Positions 1 to 11,091 of a stretch of 33,581 nucleotides of DNA are shown piece by piece. The notes below the pieces were generated by a model. It searched no databases. It was not told the origin of the DNA and worked only from the letters and a program-made list of their open reading frames with translations. Numbering within the stretch: position 1 is the first letter of the stretch; each line of letters opens with the position of its first letter. A program made the translations under genes and the position numbers. This stretch comes from Abditibacteriaceae bacterium (GTDB taxonomy: Bacteria; Armatimonadota; Abditibacteriia; Abditibacteriales; Abditibacteriaceae): positions 1-33,581 of the forward strand of contig JANMKN010000089.1 in NCBI GenBank assembly GCA_031372065.1, read 5' to 3'.

Positions 1-1350
1 ATGAATGTGATTGAACTCGATTTTATTGCGCTTGGCCGGGCTGACATCATAGCCCCAACGCCAGCCCACCGAGATGCCGGAATACAAAAAATCGCCGATG
101 TCGTTGTGCGTCACAACGTTATCGCCGCTGTGCCCAATCCACACGCCGATGCCGGCGGGGAAAAGCCTGCCGCCTTGCTGGATAATGTTGTTATCGGCGA
201 GGTTAAATCCCGTTTTGTTGAAGTCGTCTTTGGGAATTTGCATTTCGCCGAAGCGAATGCCGCCGGCGCCTAAATCGTGCAAATGACAGCGCACAATGCG
301 ATTATTGGTGCAAGCGCGCCGCAGCCAGATGCCATACAAACTGGTGCCCGATAGTTCGCAGTCTTCAAAGGACAAATTTTTCGCGCCATCGGCCAAAATC
401 TGCGCTTCGAGACCTGCGGAGGCTTGATGATTGCCTTCGCCTTTGGCTGGCAAAAGACGCCCGGCGTGACGGAATTTCAAGCCTTTAAACGCGATATTTT
501 CAACCCATTTGCCGTTTTCCGGCTCGCCCGCAAAAATCAAAAACTTATCCGTTACGGGCGCGATGACTTCCGTCGTTTGCATATTTTCGCCGGGGCGCGG
601 CTTGTAAAACAAAGTTCCGGCTCTGTCTAAAAACCATTCGCCCGGCGCATCAAGCGCGGCTTTGTAATTCTCAACGACATAACGCGGCGCGCCCCAATTG
701 AACATCGGGCGATACATTTTATTGGTGAGATAAAGCGTGTTGTCGGCGCCGATTTGCACCACATTGTGCTGCGAACGCTCCCACGCATGAAACGCCAGCA
801 CATTCACGTCTCGCAATTCCTCACCGCCGAGGTTTTTCAGCGCTGCAATATCGTTTTCACGAGCGCGAAAAGCGCTATTGGGCACATCGGCGGCAGGCAG
901 CGGCGCCTTATCCGAAACCACCGCTTTGGCCGCCGCATAAAAATACCATTGGTTCGGCGTGCGGGCGCGAATGGCGCGCTGGCCGTTCACCCAAAGCTGC
1001 TCGAACTTTTCGCCGCCCGCTTGCGCTTGCCAGACGCCATTTGGCCCCGCTGTCCAGCCGGTAATTTTGCGCCCGCCTTCAATAATAACATTGGCGTTCG
1101 GCGCGGCTTCGTAGCTGACACCGCTGTCTTGCGGCGTGAACGTAACCGCTTCGGACAAAGCATAAACGCCGCTTTGAAAAACCACGCGCACTGCCTGATT
1201 CGTCGCGTTTTTTGCCTTCAGATCGCGCGCTGCATCACGCGCCTGCAATAGCGATTTCACCGGCGCGTCCGGCGCTACATTGATAACTAAATCGGCATGA
1301 GCCATCACAGGAAAAGCTGACAGTAAAACGTAAAGCAAGAGTTTATTCAT
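1..1350 (-). CDS. Secreted right-handed parallel beta-helix protein (GH141/pectin-lyase-like carbohydrate-active enzyme), 3' end runs off the window
   Basis: Not in the ORF track (no stop inside the window). Manual translation from ATG at 1350: [19 protein letters not shown] (signal peptide)...[18 protein letters not shown]...[19 protein letters not shown]...[33 protein letters not shown]...NKIEFNHIH, motifs typical of this family. Confidence 0.85.
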   Translation of the reverse strand, partial: MNKLLLYVLLSAFPVMAHADLVINVAPDAPVKSLLQARDAARDLKAKNATNQAVRVVFQSGVYALSEAVTFTPQDSGVSYEAAPNANVIIEGGRKITGWTAGPNGVWQAQAGGEKFEQLWVNGQRAIRARTPNQWYFYAAAKAVVSDKAPLPAADVPNSAFRARENDIAALKNLGGEELRDVNVLAFHAWERSQHNVVQIGADNTLYLTNKMYRPMFNWGAPRYVVENYKAALDAPGEWFLDRAGTLFYKPRPGENMQTTEVIAPVTDKFLIFAGEPENGKWVENIAFKGLKFRHAGRLLPAKGEGNHQASAGLEAQILADGAKNLSFEDCELSGTSLYGIWLRRACTNNRIVRCHLHDLGAGGIRFGEMQIPKDDFNKTGFNLADNNIIQQGGRLFPAGIGVWIGHSGDNVVTHNDIGDFLYSGISVGWRWGYDVSPAKRNKIEFNHIH

Positions 1351-1483
1351 GGCAGTTTCAGTTTGACAAACGCGGGCTAATCCTTGTCGCATCACTATCA
1401 ATTTGCGTGGTGAGCGTCCATTTTACTCTCCGAAATTGCTGCCGACGAGTGAATTCGCTTTTTTTGCTGTGATGGCACTCACA

Positions 1484-1518
1484 AAAAAGCGCGCTGCTCA
1501 GGGAGAAACGCGCTTTTT
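1484..1518. terminator. Hairpin with A/T tails, possible terminator downstream of the DUF1015 gene
   Basis: AAAAAGCGCG (1484-1493) / CGCGCTTTTT (1509-1518); the loop is long. Confidence 0.4.
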
Positions 1519-1565
1519 GGTGTATGAAACTCCAAACCAGCAAAAGAAATCGGCTTGCCCAATGC

Positions 1566-2888
1566 TTACTCCACTGGACGCAACACCAAACCCGTCACGA
1601 GTTTGGGGTAAAAGTAAGTGGATTTTTGCGGCATTTTGTCGCCAGCGGCGGCGACTTCTCGCACTTGATGCACAGGCGTCGGGCGCAGAATGAAAGCCGC
1701 GCCGTATTCGCCGTGATTCACTTTGGAAATCGCTTCCCCCGCGTCAATGGTGTAGGCGACATGACTGTAAGCGGCCAGTTCGGCGGGGCCGATGCCGAAT
1801 TGATTTTGCAGAATCAAGGTGTGCAAAAGCGAAACGTCCAATTCGTTGTAAGCCTCGCTGCGATCTCTGTCCATCGCTTTCAAATGCTGGTGCCCCGGCT
1901 GCAAGCGCAAAACATAGCTTTGCCCGCTGATGTGCATTCCCATGCGCGGCTGTTTGTCGTTGTCATTCAGCGCCGCGCATAACTCTTTGGCCTGAGTCAC
2001 GGTATCGGATTCGGTGGCGACGTTGATAATTTCAAAATGCTCTTCGAGCGCGTCGAAAACCTTGCTCCAATTGACGTGCGCGGTTTTGACAAGGCGATGC
2101 GTCGGCAGCACAATCAGGCCCGGATCGCTGGTGCCGACACACATCATCATCACGAAATTTTCCGGCTCGTCGCCCATCCATGTTTTGCCCGCTGCTTCGG
2201 CTTCGCGCTGCGATTCGTTGCGATAATTCAAGGCCGTTTCGTAGCGATGATGGCCGTCGGCGATGAGAATCACTTCGTCTTCAAACGCGGCTTTGATGGA
2301 CGCCACCGATTCGTTATCGCTGACACGCCAGACGCGTTCTTTGATGCCTTCGCCGCTTTCCGCTTGCATCAGCGGCGCTTCTTTGGTGACAGTGTGAATG
2401 ACCGAAGCGACCCAGCCATCATCGTCGCCGAACAAGCCGAAAATCGGCGAGGTATTGGTGCGTAAGGCGCGCAATAAATTGAGACGATCTTGCTTCGGGC
2501 CACTGAGCGTATGTTCGTGCGGCTGCACGCCTTTGCCGAATTCTTCCAATTTCAGCGCGCCAATGACACCGCGCCGTTTTTTGGTTTCGCTGGTGCCGGG
2601 CACTTGAAATTCTTGCGCGTAAACGTAATACGCCGCCTCGTCCAGCACCAAAATGCCGTCCTCGCGCCACTTTTGCAAAAGCGCGGCGCTTTGCGCATAT
2701 TGCTGCGGCGTGGCATCTTCGCCATAACGCGCCGCCAGTTCGACGCCGACAATGTTATGAGCTTCGCGCTGTAAAAATTCATCGCGCGCGGCGCCTTTGA
2801 TGACATCGTAAGGCGGACAAATCACGTCCGTCAAATTCACTTTTTCGGTGTTGTATCGCAAGCCGCGAAACGGCACAAATTGAGCCAT
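1566..2888 (-). CDS. DUF1015 family protein
   Basis: Start trimmed to MAQFVPFRGLRY; motifs PPYDVI, PHEHT, IADGHHRYETA, LPTHR, MPQKSTYFYPKL. Confidence 0.9.
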   Translation of the reverse strand: MAQFVPFRGLRYNTEKVNLTDVICPPYDVIKGAARDEFLQREAHNIVGVELAARYGEDATPQQYAQSAALLQKWREDGILVLDEAAYYVYAQEFQVPGTSETKKRRGVIGALKLEEFGKGVQPHEHTLSGPKQDRLNLLRALRTNTSPIFGLFGDDDGWVASVIHTVTKEAPLMQAESGEGIKERVWRVSDNESVASIKAAFEDEVILIADGHHRYETALNYRNESQREAEAAGKTWMGDEPENFVMMMCVGTSDPGLIVLPTHRLVKTAHVNWSKVFDALEEHFEIINVATESDTVTQAKELCAALNDNDKQPRMGMHISGQSYVLRLQPGHQHLKAMDRDRSEAYNELDVSLLHTLILQNQFGIGPAELAAYSHVAYTIDAGEAISKVNHGEYGAAFILRPTPVHQVREVAAAGDKMPQKSTYFYPKLVTGLVLRPVE

Positions 2889-2904
2889 GATTTTCCTTGA
2901 ATTT

Positions 2905-3111
2905 TTAACGCGTTGGTTGTTCCTGCGCGTATTGATAAGCGGTGTAAGCCGCAATGAGATGACAAATCCAACCCAGCGTGCCACCACTGCCAAACCAAAA
3001 ACCGGGCGTGATAACCAGCCAGAAAATGCCCCAACCCCATTGGCTGTTATAAATCTGACCCACGCCGGGAACAAGCAAACTAAGAACTGCCGCAGTGCCG
3101 GGATTGCGCAT
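2905..3111 (-). CDS. Small membrane protein (TM2/DUF5683-like)
   Basis: NPGTAAVLSLLVPGVGQIYN motif; AAAAGGTG RBS; fits between gpmI and the DUF1015 gene. Confidence 0.8.
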   Translation of the reverse strand: MRNPGTAAVLSLLVPGVGQIYNSQWGWGIFWLVITPGFWFGSGGTLGWICHLIAAYTAYQYAQEQPTR

Positions 3112-3131
3112 TGTATTTCACCTTTTGCTTC

Positions 3132-4679
3132 TTATCGAACGAGCAAACTTTCGCCTGTCATCGCCACGGGTTTCGCCACGCCCATTAAATCCAACAACGT
3201 CGGCGACACATCGGCCAAACGGCCACCAGCGCGCAGCGTAGCGTTTTCAAAACCAGCGCCCACCAAAATACACGGCACCGGATTGGTGGTGTGCGCCGTA
3301 TGCGGCTTGCCGGTTTCGTAATCAATCATCTGCTCACAGTTGCCGTGATCGGCAATCACTAAAAGCGCGCCGCCAACTTCAGTAATCGCGTTAATGATTT
3401 CGCCGAGGCCCCTATCGCCCGCTTCGACGGCTTTGATGGCCGCTTCCAAGATGCCGGTGTGACCCACCATATCGGGTTGCGCAAAGTTGAGAACAATGCA
3501 ATCGAACTTTTGCGAGCGAATCGCACCGACGACTTTTTCGGTCACTTCGGGCGCGCTCATTTCGGGCTGCATATCGTAAGTTGCCACCTTTGGGCTGTTG
3601 ACCATAATACGTTCTTCGCCGGGCCACGGCGTTTCGAGGCCGCCGGAAAAAAAGTAAGTGACGTGCGGGTATTTTTCGGTTTCGGCGATGCGCAACTGCG
3701 TTTTGCCCGCTTTAGAAACGGTTTCGCCCAAGCCATCGCGCTGCGGGCGCGGCCCAAAAGCATAAGGGCACGTCAGGTCTTTGGAATACTGCGTCATCGT
3801 GGCGTAATGCGTAGTCGGATGCACTTCGCGCGCAAAGCCATCGAACGATTCGTTCAAAAACGCCTGCGAAAGTTCGCGCCCACGATCCGAGCGATAATTA
3901 AAGAAAAAGACGGCGTCGTTTTCGCCGATGCGCGGCGCGTTGTTAATCACCGTTGGCTCGATAAATTCATCGCCGCGTTGGTCAAGTGCATACGAATTCG
4001 CAATCGCCGTTTGTGCGTTGGCTTCGGCCAGCCCTTTGCCTTCGGTCAGGCAATCATAGGCTTTTTGCACGCGCTCCCAGCGATGATCTCTGTCCATTGC
4101 CCAGTAGCGTCCGATGATGGAACCAACGACGCCCGCGCCGGTGCGGTGCATTTGTTCTTCGACGGTGGCGAGATATTTCTGCGCCGATTGCGGCGACGTA
4201 TCGCGGCCATCGGTGAAGGCATGAAGCACCACTTTATCGCCTGTTAAACCCTCGCGCGCCGCCATATCCAGCAACGCCAAATAATGATTTTCGCTGGCGT
4301 GGACATTGCCATCGGAAACAAGGCCCATCAAATGCAAACGCGTGTCGTGCGCTTTAGCGTGATTCATCGCGGCTAAAATTACTTCGTTGGAAAAGAAATC
4401 GCCAGTGCGCACTTCGTTGTCAATCAGCGACGAATCCTGCCATACAACGCGGCCCGCGCCGATATTAAGATGCCCGACTTCGCTGTTGCCCATCACGCCG
4501 GCAGGCAAACCAACATCCACGCCATGCGCCGTCAATTTGGTGTGCGGGCATTCGCTCCAAATGCGATCAAAATTCGGCGTATTGCCTTGCGCGACGGCAT
4601 TGAAATCGTCGCGCGGCGATAAGCCCCAACCATCAAGAATGACCAGCATCACCGGTCGGGGAATTTTATTTTGAGACAA
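3132..4679 (-). CDS. gpmI: 2,3-bisphosphoglycerate-independent phosphoglycerate mutase
   Basis: LVILDGWG, GNSEVGHLNIGAGR, DGRDT, GRYWAMDRD, AETEKYPHVTYFF, DMVGHTG, ADHGN, HTAHT; likely TTG start at 4679 after GGAG. Confidence 0.96.
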   Translation of the reverse strand: MSQNKIPRPVMLVILDGWGLSPRDDFNAVAQGNTPNFDRIWSECPHTKLTAHGVDVGLPAGVMGNSEVGHLNIGAGRVVWQDSSLIDNEVRTGDFFSNEVILAAMNHAKAHDTRLHLMGLVSDGNVHASENHYLALLDMAAREGLTGDKVVLHAFTDGRDTSPQSAQKYLATVEEQMHRTGAGVVGSIIGRYWAMDRDHRWERVQKAYDCLTEGKGLAEANAQTAIANSYALDQRGDEFIEPTVINNAPRIGENDAVFFFNYRSDRGRELSQAFLNESFDGFAREVHPTTHYATMTQYSKDLTCPYAFGPRPQRDGLGETVSKAGKTQLRIAETEKYPHVTYFFSGGLETPWPGEERIMVNSPKVATYDMQPEMSAPEVTEKVVGAIRSQKFDCIVLNFAQPDMVGHTGILEAAIKAVEAGDRGLGEIINAITEVGGALLVIADHGNCEQMIDYETGKPHTAHTTNPVPCILVGAGFENATLRAGGRLADVSPTLLDLMGVAKPVAMTGESLLVR

Positions 4680-4744
4680 GAGTTGTTCTCCAAAAATGTT
4701 TTTCGCGCCGTCTCCTCGCCTTCCCAACGGCACGCGCAGTTTAC

Positions 4745-4823
4745 CGAATGCGGAAGTCAGAGTGCGGAATGCGGAATCAATTTTTTCTGCACTCCACATT
4801 CCGATTTCCGCATTCCGCATTCG
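4745..4823. repeat. Intergenic palindrome built from 7-nt units (TGCGGAA / TTCCGCA)
   Basis: CGAATGCGGAA...GTGCGGAATGCGGAAT on the left, mirrored by TTCCACATTCCGATTTCCGCATTCCGCATTCG-like units on the right. Confidence 0.8.
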
Positions 4824-5636
4824 TTACGCCCAGCCGCGCCGCTGATAAATCCAGGTGCCAATAAATTCGCGGAGGCACCATTTGAAAACTCGGATGCGAT
4901 CTTCGGGGTCGTCCAAAGTGGCAAGGTCAGCATCTAATTCCATACAGGGCACCGGCAAAACTCGCAAATTCTGGCCTTGTCCCGCGCGGCGAAACATCAG
5001 TGTGGCGCGGCGCGTGTGCGTGGGCGAAGTCACCAGAAAAACACGTTTCCAACCTTTGCTTTTAGCGAGAGCCGCGAAATGCACGGCTTCGTCGTGGGTA
5101 TTGGTGACAAAGCCCGGTAACGGTTGCACATTGAGCGGGAATTTCAAATCGGAAGCAAGGCGCCGCGCGGCTTTGGAATACGAGCCAGCGGGCCGATCAA
5201 TTTCACTCACAATTAAAACCGGCGCGTGATTTTGCCGCACCAGTTCAAGGCCACGCATCAAACGGCCCATAGCCGCACTGGTCAGAGTGCCATCGCCTTG
5301 CACCCATGAACCCAAAACCATCACCGCATCGGCGCCGCGCGCGATTTCTTGCGGCGACGTTTTTAGTTTTAACGGCGCTACCATTTTAGTCACCAAGGGC
5401 GTATAGGCCACAATAAAAAGCAAAAGCGCCACTGCACCCGCAAAAGCCAGCACAATTTTAAGATGGCGCGCGCCAAGCCACGCGCCCAGCACCAAAAAGA
5501 CGGGGCCGGTATATTGTGCCGAACGCAAGGCAGGCAATAAATTAATCAATCCCAAGTAACTGCACATGATGCCCGCAAAAAACGCCAGTATCGCGCCGCA
5601 CAAGGCATTCGTGCGGCGCGATTTGCGGGTGTCCAA
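4824..5636 (-). CDS. YdcF/ElyC (DUF218) family membrane protein
   Basis: N-terminal TM helices; DAVMVLG, NTHDEA, LVTSPTHTRRA, LREFIG; start uncertain (TTG 5636 or 5705). Confidence 0.85.
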   Translation of the reverse strand: MDTRKSRRTNALCGAILAFFAGIMCSYLGLINLLPALRSAQYTGPVFLVLGAWLGARHLKIVLAFAGAVALLLFIVAYTPLVTKMVAPLKLKTSPQEIARGADAVMVLGSWVQGDGTLTSAAMGRLMRGLELVRQNHAPVLIVSEIDRPAGSYSKAARRLASDLKFPLNVQPLPGFVTNTHDEAVHFAALAKSKGWKRVFLVTSPTHTRRATLMFRRAGQGQNLRVLPVPCMELDADLATLDDPEDRIRVFKWCLREFIGTWIYQRRGWA

Positions 5637-5668
5637 TGAGTCGGGAATTGAAGTTTTGACGGGGCGAT

Positions 5669-6007
5669 TTAAACGAGGCGCTTGACTTGGAGGCATTTTG
5701 GGCAAACTTGGCTTTTCGGATGAGTCGGCAGAATCTCCGCTTTCAAGCGTTCCAGTTTACGCCGCTTGAAAACCAATGCAATTTCCTCATAAAGCGTAAC
5801 AAACAAGCCAAAGACGGCAACTGCTAAAAAGTGAAGCCATCCCAAGCCCCAAAGCGAATTGTCCAGCAATTCATCACGATCCGGCCACCCAAAACCAGAA
5901 GATTCGACCTCAAAATTCGCCAGAGGCACTATCCATGCGCGGCACTTTTCGCAGGAAATCCAATCTTCGTGAACCTGTGGATTCAAACGGTAATCATGTG
6001 CATTCAT
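5669..6007 (-). CDS. Hypothetical membrane protein with two CxxC pairs
   Basis: CEKC ... one hydrophobic segment ... CPKC; co-oriented with neighbours. Confidence 0.65.
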   Translation of the reverse strand: MNAHDYRLNPQVHEDWISCEKCRAWIVPLANFEVESSGFGWPDRDELLDNSLWGLGWLHFLAVAVFGLFVTLYEEIALVFKRRKLERLKAEILPTHPKSQVCPKCLQVKRLV

Positions 6008-6098
6008 GCCCGCAAGTTTAACGGACAATCATCGCTTTTTTCATGTTTGCCCTGTGCCTTGTCGCCTTCAAGTAGTTACGCGCTATATAAACACGCAA

Positions 6099-6137
6099 GC
6101 AACAGCGCGGCGAGATTCAATCTCGCCGCGCTGTTGC
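6099..6137. terminator. Long perfect hairpin downstream of the large secreted protein gene
   Basis: GCAACAGCGCGGCGAGATT-C-AATCTCGCCGCGCTGTTGC, 19-bp arms. Confidence 0.7.
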
Positions 6138-6150
6138 CATTTACGCCCGC

Positions 6151-9100
6151 TTAATTGGAAGCGTCATCGTTGAGAATGGTGCCTTGGCCTTGACCATCGC
6201 TGATGGTCGCACCCGCAGCGTTGCTCAAGTCTACGGTGAAGGTTTCATCGGCTTCGCTGAGGGTGTCGCCCACTACGGCGACGGTGATGGTCTTGCTCGT
6301 CTCGTTCGGTGCAAAGGTCAGAGTGCCGGCTTTGCCTGCATAATCGCCCGGTTTCACAGCACTGCCGTTGCCCGTTTGATACGACAACGTCACCGGCTGA
6401 CCGCTCGCCTTCGACAAACTCACCGTGAAGACGAAGTTCGTCATGCCGTTGCTGCCTTCGGACAGAGTCACATCGTTAATCGAAAGATTGGGCAAGACAT
6501 CGACGTTGAGCAGAACATGCGTGCCCGACATACAGCCAAGTGTTCCGGCGGTCGCCGAAAGAAGCTGCAAGCGAATCGTTTCATCGGCTTCGGGCAGCGT
6601 GTCACGCTGCACTACAAACGTCACAGCTTTGTTGGTCTGACCCGGTGCGAAGGTCAGCGTGCCGCCGTTGCCGCCGGGAGCGGTGTAGTCGCTGCCGTAG
6701 GTCGCCGTGCCGCCAAAGCTGTAGGTCACAACCACTGTCTTGCCGCTGGCAGCGGACAAGCGCACCGAGAAGTGCAGGCTTAGTGTGCCGCTGTTGCCTT
6801 CATTGATAGTGGGCAAATCGGCAGTGAAAGCAGTCGGCAATGGATCGTTGTCGTTGATAGTGGCCCGCCCACCCAAAATGCCGCCATTGCTACGGATGCT
6901 GGCCTGATTGCTGTTGGACAACAACAAACGGAAAGATTCCTGAATTTCGTTCAAGCTGTCGTCCAAGACCGGCACGCCAATGGTTTTGCTGGTTTCTCCC
7001 ACGTTGATGGTGTAGCTTGTGGTGGAGAGCGCGGTGTAATCGCTGCCTGCCGTGGCCGAGTAGTCTTGGGTGGCGGCATCGAAGGTGATAGCGCGCAAAG
7101 CGGGTGTGCCCAGAGTCACCACAAAGTCGGCACTCACGCCGCCGGGTGTTTCGGTGACGGTTGGATTGTTGGTGACCAGCACTTCCAGTTCAAAGGCGCC
7201 GATGTCGGGCTTGCCGCCGCTGGGTTGCGGGCGTGGATAGCCGCGCTGGTCGGTGGCCGGAGCATTGGCAGGATCAGCTTTGCCCACTGCCGGGCTGCCG
7301 GGCACAAGCGCGATGGTTGGCGTCGGCCCGCCGTTGGAAACCAAACCCGCTGGGTCAAGACCCGCCGCTACCGCCGTGCCGCCGATGATGTTGTTACCAC
7401 CGTTGGTGGTAGGATCATCTTCAATGTCAGTGTTATTGCCTGCCACAATGCTGTTCTGCACGTTTAATATGGAGCCAGTAGCATTATAGATTCCGGTGGG
7501 GTTGCCGCTTATGGTGCAGTTCGTGAGGTTCGCCGTGCCGCCAACGTTGACGAGACCACGGGTAGAGCCGCTCAGGGTGCAGTTCGTGAGATTAGCAATG
7601 TTCGCATTGTTACCATCACTGCTGAAATTGAAGACACCGGAGTGTTCATTGCTGGTTAGAGTGCAATTGGTGAGGGTCACGATGCCGCTACTGCGTATGC
7701 CTTCATAACCGTGGCTAATTGTCAGGCCATCGAAGCCGACACTGATGCCGTTGCTTACCCTGAAAACGGAGACGAACTGTTGCAATCCGTCTATTATCAC
7801 GCCTGCCGTCGGGGCAGTGATGGTGGCTTTTTGGGTCAGAGCCAAAAAGCCATCCACGACGATGGTTTTGCGCGGGGCAGCGAAGACTGTCTCATCGAAG
7901 GTGATGGCGCTATCGTCGGCATTGCTGTTGGCGTAAGTAATCGCTTCGCGCAGGCTGGTCAATTTGTCCTTATTATCAACTACATCGCTGGTGGTGCTAA
8001 CGATTAACGAGGGAACTTCATTGATGGTGATGCTGAAAGTGCCCGCTACGCTGCCGCCTTGGCCGTCAGCGGCACTGAAATCGAAGCTGTCGCTGCCCAC
8101 AGTGCTGCCCGCCGCGAAGGTGAGCAGATTGTTGTCAATGTCGGTCTGTGTGAAGGTGTCGTTGGCCGCCAAAGAAGTGCCGTTGAGTTTGAGCGTGCCT
8201 TTGGTCGGTGCCGTGGCCAGCGTATAAGTAATCGGGTTGCTGTCCGCGTCGGTGACTTTGAGTTTGGTATTGTCAATCGTCGCGCTGCTGTTGGCACCAA
8301 GCGTCAAGCCGGTGTTAGTGGCTACGACAGGCGCGTTGTTAGTTGCGGGCACATAGAGCAAAACAATGCGCCCATTGCCGCCATTCGTCAATACTGGCCC
8401 GCCGGTGCCAATATTTCCGGCATAATCCGTGTCTGTGAGTCCGCCGGGTGTGGTGCCTGAGCCGGCGGCGCTACCACCCGATGCGGTGAGGTTGGTAAGC
8501 AGCGAGGAGCCGCCGCCGCCGCCGCCAGTGTCAGGGCCAGCGGAACCGAAGCCGCCGCCGCCGCCGCCGAAGTAACCACTGCCGCCGCCTCCAGCGAAGG
8601 AAGCACCATTGCCTCCAGCGAAGGCGATTCCTGACGAAGCATCAAGGCCGCCTGCCCCACCACTCGTCTGGGTTCCGCCAGCGCCACCTACTCCGCCACC
8701 AGATGTGCCTATCGCTAACCCTCCGGCACCGCCTGGCTGAGGCGGGCCACCGGTAATGGCACTGGCACCGCCACCAGCAGCGGCAGTGACTAATTCTGTC
8801 GAGGCACGGCGAATCGCAGAGCGCCCACCACCACGACCACCATTGAAACCAGCGCCGCCTCCGCCACCATAATTTCCATTATTTGGAAAAGTGCCGCCAC
8901 CTTGACCAACGATCAAGGTTAGTGATTCACCCGGTGTAACCGGAAACGCGCCAGTGACAAAGGCGCCGCCGCCGCCAACCGCGCCGTTGCTACCGCCGCC
9001 GCCCGCGCCCCACAGCTTCATGGTCAGCGACGTGATTCCTGCGGGCACCGTAAAGCTCTGATCGCTACCGGTGTAGCTGAACACGGTCGTTGTAGCGCCA

Positions 9101-9207
9101 CCGCCGCCCGCAAAAACCTTGGAGGCCATCAGCGGTAGCAACAACGCCACCATTAAGACGCCCCTTAAGGCGCGGCCCGACTTCATCATCATTTGCATCT
9201 GTTTCAT
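6151..9207 (-). CDS. Large secreted protein: glycine-rich domain, cadherin-like domain, CSLREA/beta-helix/choice-of-anchor Q, three Calx-beta domains
   Basis: ATG 9207 after AAAGGGGAAG; signal peptide; WGAGGGG and [57 protein letters not shown]...[13 protein letters not shown] repeats. Confidence 0.88.
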   Translation of the reverse strand: MKQMQMMMKSGRALRGVLMVALLLPLMASKVFAGGGGATTTVFSYTGSDQSFTVPAGITSLTMKLWGAGGGGSNGAVGGGGAFVTGAFPVTPGESLTLIVGQGGGTFPNNGNYGGGGGAGFNGGRGGGRSAIRRASTELVTAAAGGGASAITGGPPQPGGAGGLAIGTSGGGVGGAGGTQTSGGAGGLDASSGIAFAGGNGASFAGGGGSGYFGGGGGGFGSAGPDTGGGGGGSSLLTNLTASGGSAAGSGTTPGGLTDTDYAGNIGTGGPVLTNGGNGRIVLLYVPATNNAPVVATNTGLTLGANSSATIDNTKLKVTDADSNPITYTLATAPTKGTLKLNGTSLAANDTFTQTDIDNNLLTFAAGSTVGSDSFDFSAADGQGGSVAGTFSITINEVPSLIVSTTSDVVDNKDKLTSLREAITYANSNADDSAITFDETVFAAPRKTIVVDGFLALTQKATITAPTAGVIIDGLQQFVSVFRVSNGISVGFDGLTISHGYEGIRSSGIVTLTNCTLTSNEHSGVFNFSSDGNNANIANLTNCTLSGSTRGLVNVGGTANLTNCTISGNPTGIYNATGSILNVQNSIVAGNNTDIEDDPTTNGGNNIIGGTAVAAGLDPAGLVSNGGPTPTIALVPGSPAVGKADPANAPATDQRGYPRPQPSGGKPDIGAFELEVLVTNNPTVTETPGGVSADFVVTLGTPALRAITFDAATQDYSATAGSDYTALSTTSYTINVGETSKTIGVPVLDDSLNEIQESFRLLLSNSNQASIRSNGGILGGRATINDNDPLPTAFTADLPTINEGNSGTLSLHFSVRLSAASGKTVVVTYSFGGTATYGSDYTAPGGNGGTLTFAPGQTNKAVTFVVQRDTLPEADETIRLQLLSATAGTLGCMSGTHVLLNVDVLPNLSINDVTLSEGSNGMTNFVFTVSLSKASGQPVTLSYQTGNGSAVKPGDYAGKAGTLTFAPNETSKTITVAVVGDTLSEADETFTVDLSNAAGATISDGQGQGTILNDDASN

Positions 9208-9443
9208 AACTTCCCCTTTGCACTGGTCAACTGGTAACGACGACTGACTACTCACTTTCCCGGCAGCGTCCACTCCTGTCATAGCGACCACTTTCTGTAA
9301 TTGCCTTTTGGCCTCACCCATCGGCCTCACCTAAGCGGCAGTAGCACGCCAAATCTCGCTTCTGGTCACCTTATTCCTCACGTCTCCAGAGAAAAATCAA
9401 GATGCCATGTGTTATCATGCGCGAAAGTTTCTGATAACTCGTG

Positions 9444-9472
9444 TTGACTTTCAAGGGGAAAAACGACATAAT
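9444..9472 (+). promoter_or_regulatory. Putative sigma70 promoter upstream of the LacI-family gene
   Basis: TTGACT-N17-CATAAT. Confidence 0.5.
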
Positions 9473-9691
9473 TTAGGTCGTTTGGGACTGTTTTTTGAGA
9501 TTTTTAGGAAATATTAACGGAAAATCGCGACGATTTCGTAGGATTGCACGGACAAAACTGAATCTTGCCGCTTGATGAGGAGATGTATACTGCGGCCAGA
9601 CTCCTCTTTTGACGTGGCATTCTTTTCAGTTTCGCTCCGCCGTTTCCCCATCAGTGTCCAAAGAAGAAATTCAAGGCAATGATTACCGTAA

Positions 9692-10729
9692 TTGCCGGAG
9701 GTGGAAACTACGCCAACTACACAACTGTCCATCGCTAAAAAGCTCGGCATTTCTCGTTCGACTGTGGTGCAGGTTCTCAACGGCATCGGGCGCGTGAGTC
9801 CCGAAACCCGCGAACTTGTGTTACAAACGGCTAAAGAAATGGGCTATCGGCCCAATCCTTTCGCGCAAGCCTTGGTCACCGGCAAAACCAACACACTGGC
9901 CTTTTGGTTTTATCCTTTGCTCAACACCAGTTCGCTGCTGCTGATCAACAAATTACAAATGATGGTGCCGCCGTATGGATTGATTGCGATGAATCTGGGG
10001 CTTTATAAGCCGGGTTGGGGCGCCGTGACTGAGGAATTTGTGCCCGGCGAGTGGCCCGTGGATGGCATTTTCGCTTTTAGCTGCGGTTTTGTGCCGCCGC
10101 ACGTTTTAGAGCGCAAAGCTGGCCCTCCGGTCATTTGGATTGATTATGGCGGGTTGCCAGATGAATTCAACGCCGAGGAAGTGGATGCGGTTATCGTCAA
10201 GGCGTATCATGGCTCGCACAAAGCGGTGCAGCATTTAGTGCAAACGCGAAAGCGCGTGGCACTGCTGGGCGTGGAGCCGGTCATTCAATACGCCGACGAT
10301 GGCCGCACCGCAGCTTACACCGCAGTCATGCGCGCCGCTGGACGGGATCCTGAATACATTTCGGTGCCTATGAGACGCCCCTATAATCTGCGCGCCAAAG
10401 AGCGAATTATCGAATACGTGAAGGCCAACGGCTGCCCAGACGCGATTTTTTGTGCCAGCGATGAGCAGACGCCGGGCGTGCATCTGGGTCTAAGCGAACT
10501 GGGATACCGCGTGCCCGAAGACGTGGCCCTTGTCGGCTTCGACGGTTTAGCGGAACTGGAATATCATGTGCCGCCGCTTTCGACTGTCGTGCAACCTTTA
10601 GACGCGATGGCGCAAAAAGCGTGGGAGTTCATGGAAAATCGGCTGAAGCATCCTGAAACCCCGCGCCAGTATGTCGAACTGGAAATGGAATTCATTCCGC
10701 GTGAATCATCGTGGGCGCAGGAGAAATAG
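9692..10729 (+). CDS. LacI-family transcriptional regulator
   Basis: HTH IAKKLGISRSTV..VLNG, GYRPN..AQAL; C-terminal PDAIFCASD, RVPEDVALVGFD, PPLSTV. Confidence 0.93.
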   Translation: MPEVETTPTTQLSIAKKLGISRSTVVQVLNGIGRVSPETRELVLQTAKEMGYRPNPFAQALVTGKTNTLAFWFYPLLNTSSLLLINKLQMMVPPYGLIAMNLGLYKPGWGAVTEEFVPGEWPVDGIFAFSCGFVPPHVLERKAGPPVIWIDYGGLPDEFNAEEVDAVIVKAYHGSHKAVQHLVQTRKRVALLGVEPVIQYADDGRTAAYTAVMRAAGRDPEYISVPMRRPYNLRAKERIIEYVKANGCPDAIFCASDEQTPGVHLGLSELGYRVPEDVALVGFDGLAELEYHVPPLSTVVQPLDAMAQKAWEFMENRLKHPETPRQYVELEMEFIPRESSWAQEK

Positions 10730-10924
10730 CGATTTTGATTCTCCTCTAATATTAATGCAACGACAGCAATTCTTCATGGGCGTGCGCGCCGCATCTCAGT
10801 AGAAAAATAAAGTAATAACGCCGTATTCACACTCTCGTGCGAGAACGCTGGTTAGCACAGATTTTTTGTCTATTAAGCACTCCAACGGTATTAGCTTAAA
10901 CCGTCAAAAAGCGAGTGAAAACGC

Positions 10925-10951
10925 GGAGCGCGGGCGAAACGCCCGCGCTCC
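10925..10951. repeat. GC-rich REP-like hairpin
   Basis: GGAGCGCGGGCG-AAA-CGCCCGCGCTCC, 12-bp perfect stem with no U-tail. Confidence 0.65.
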
Positions 10952-10994
10952 ATAGCTTGCCCTGACTCAAAGTTCAATTTAATTTTGTTGGGGT

Positions 10995-11091
10995 GCTTAC
11001 ACTGCGCGCCCTTTGGGCAGAGATGGCGCCGAAGGCGTCCTAAGCCGCGCTTTCAATCGCAGGGTGAGCGGCAAAACCGCTCTGTGTAAGT
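10995..11091. other. Multi-hairpin structured element (degenerate REP/IS200-type palindrome cluster or small ncRNA)
   Basis: Closing stem CTTACAC/GTGTAAG encloses GCCC-TTT-GGGC, GGCGCC-GAA-GGCGTC, CCGCG-CTTTCAAT-CGCAGG and GAGCGG-CAAAA-CCGCTC. Confidence 0.45.

Noticed and set aside
1..1251. Plus-strand ORFs 1-273, 424-630 and 754-1251
   Set aside because: They are antisense shadows of the minus-strand beta-helix gene.
2889..3074. N-terminal extension of DUF1015 (and the similar gpmI extension 4680-4820)
   Set aside because: The extensions overlap a better small gene or a repeat; family homology begins later.
11025..11090. Glycine or c-di-GMP riboswitch (CGCCGAAGG, GGCAAAACC)
   Set aside because: The other conserved motifs (CTCTCAGG; GAAA..GACGCAAAGC) are missing and no co-oriented gene lies downstream.
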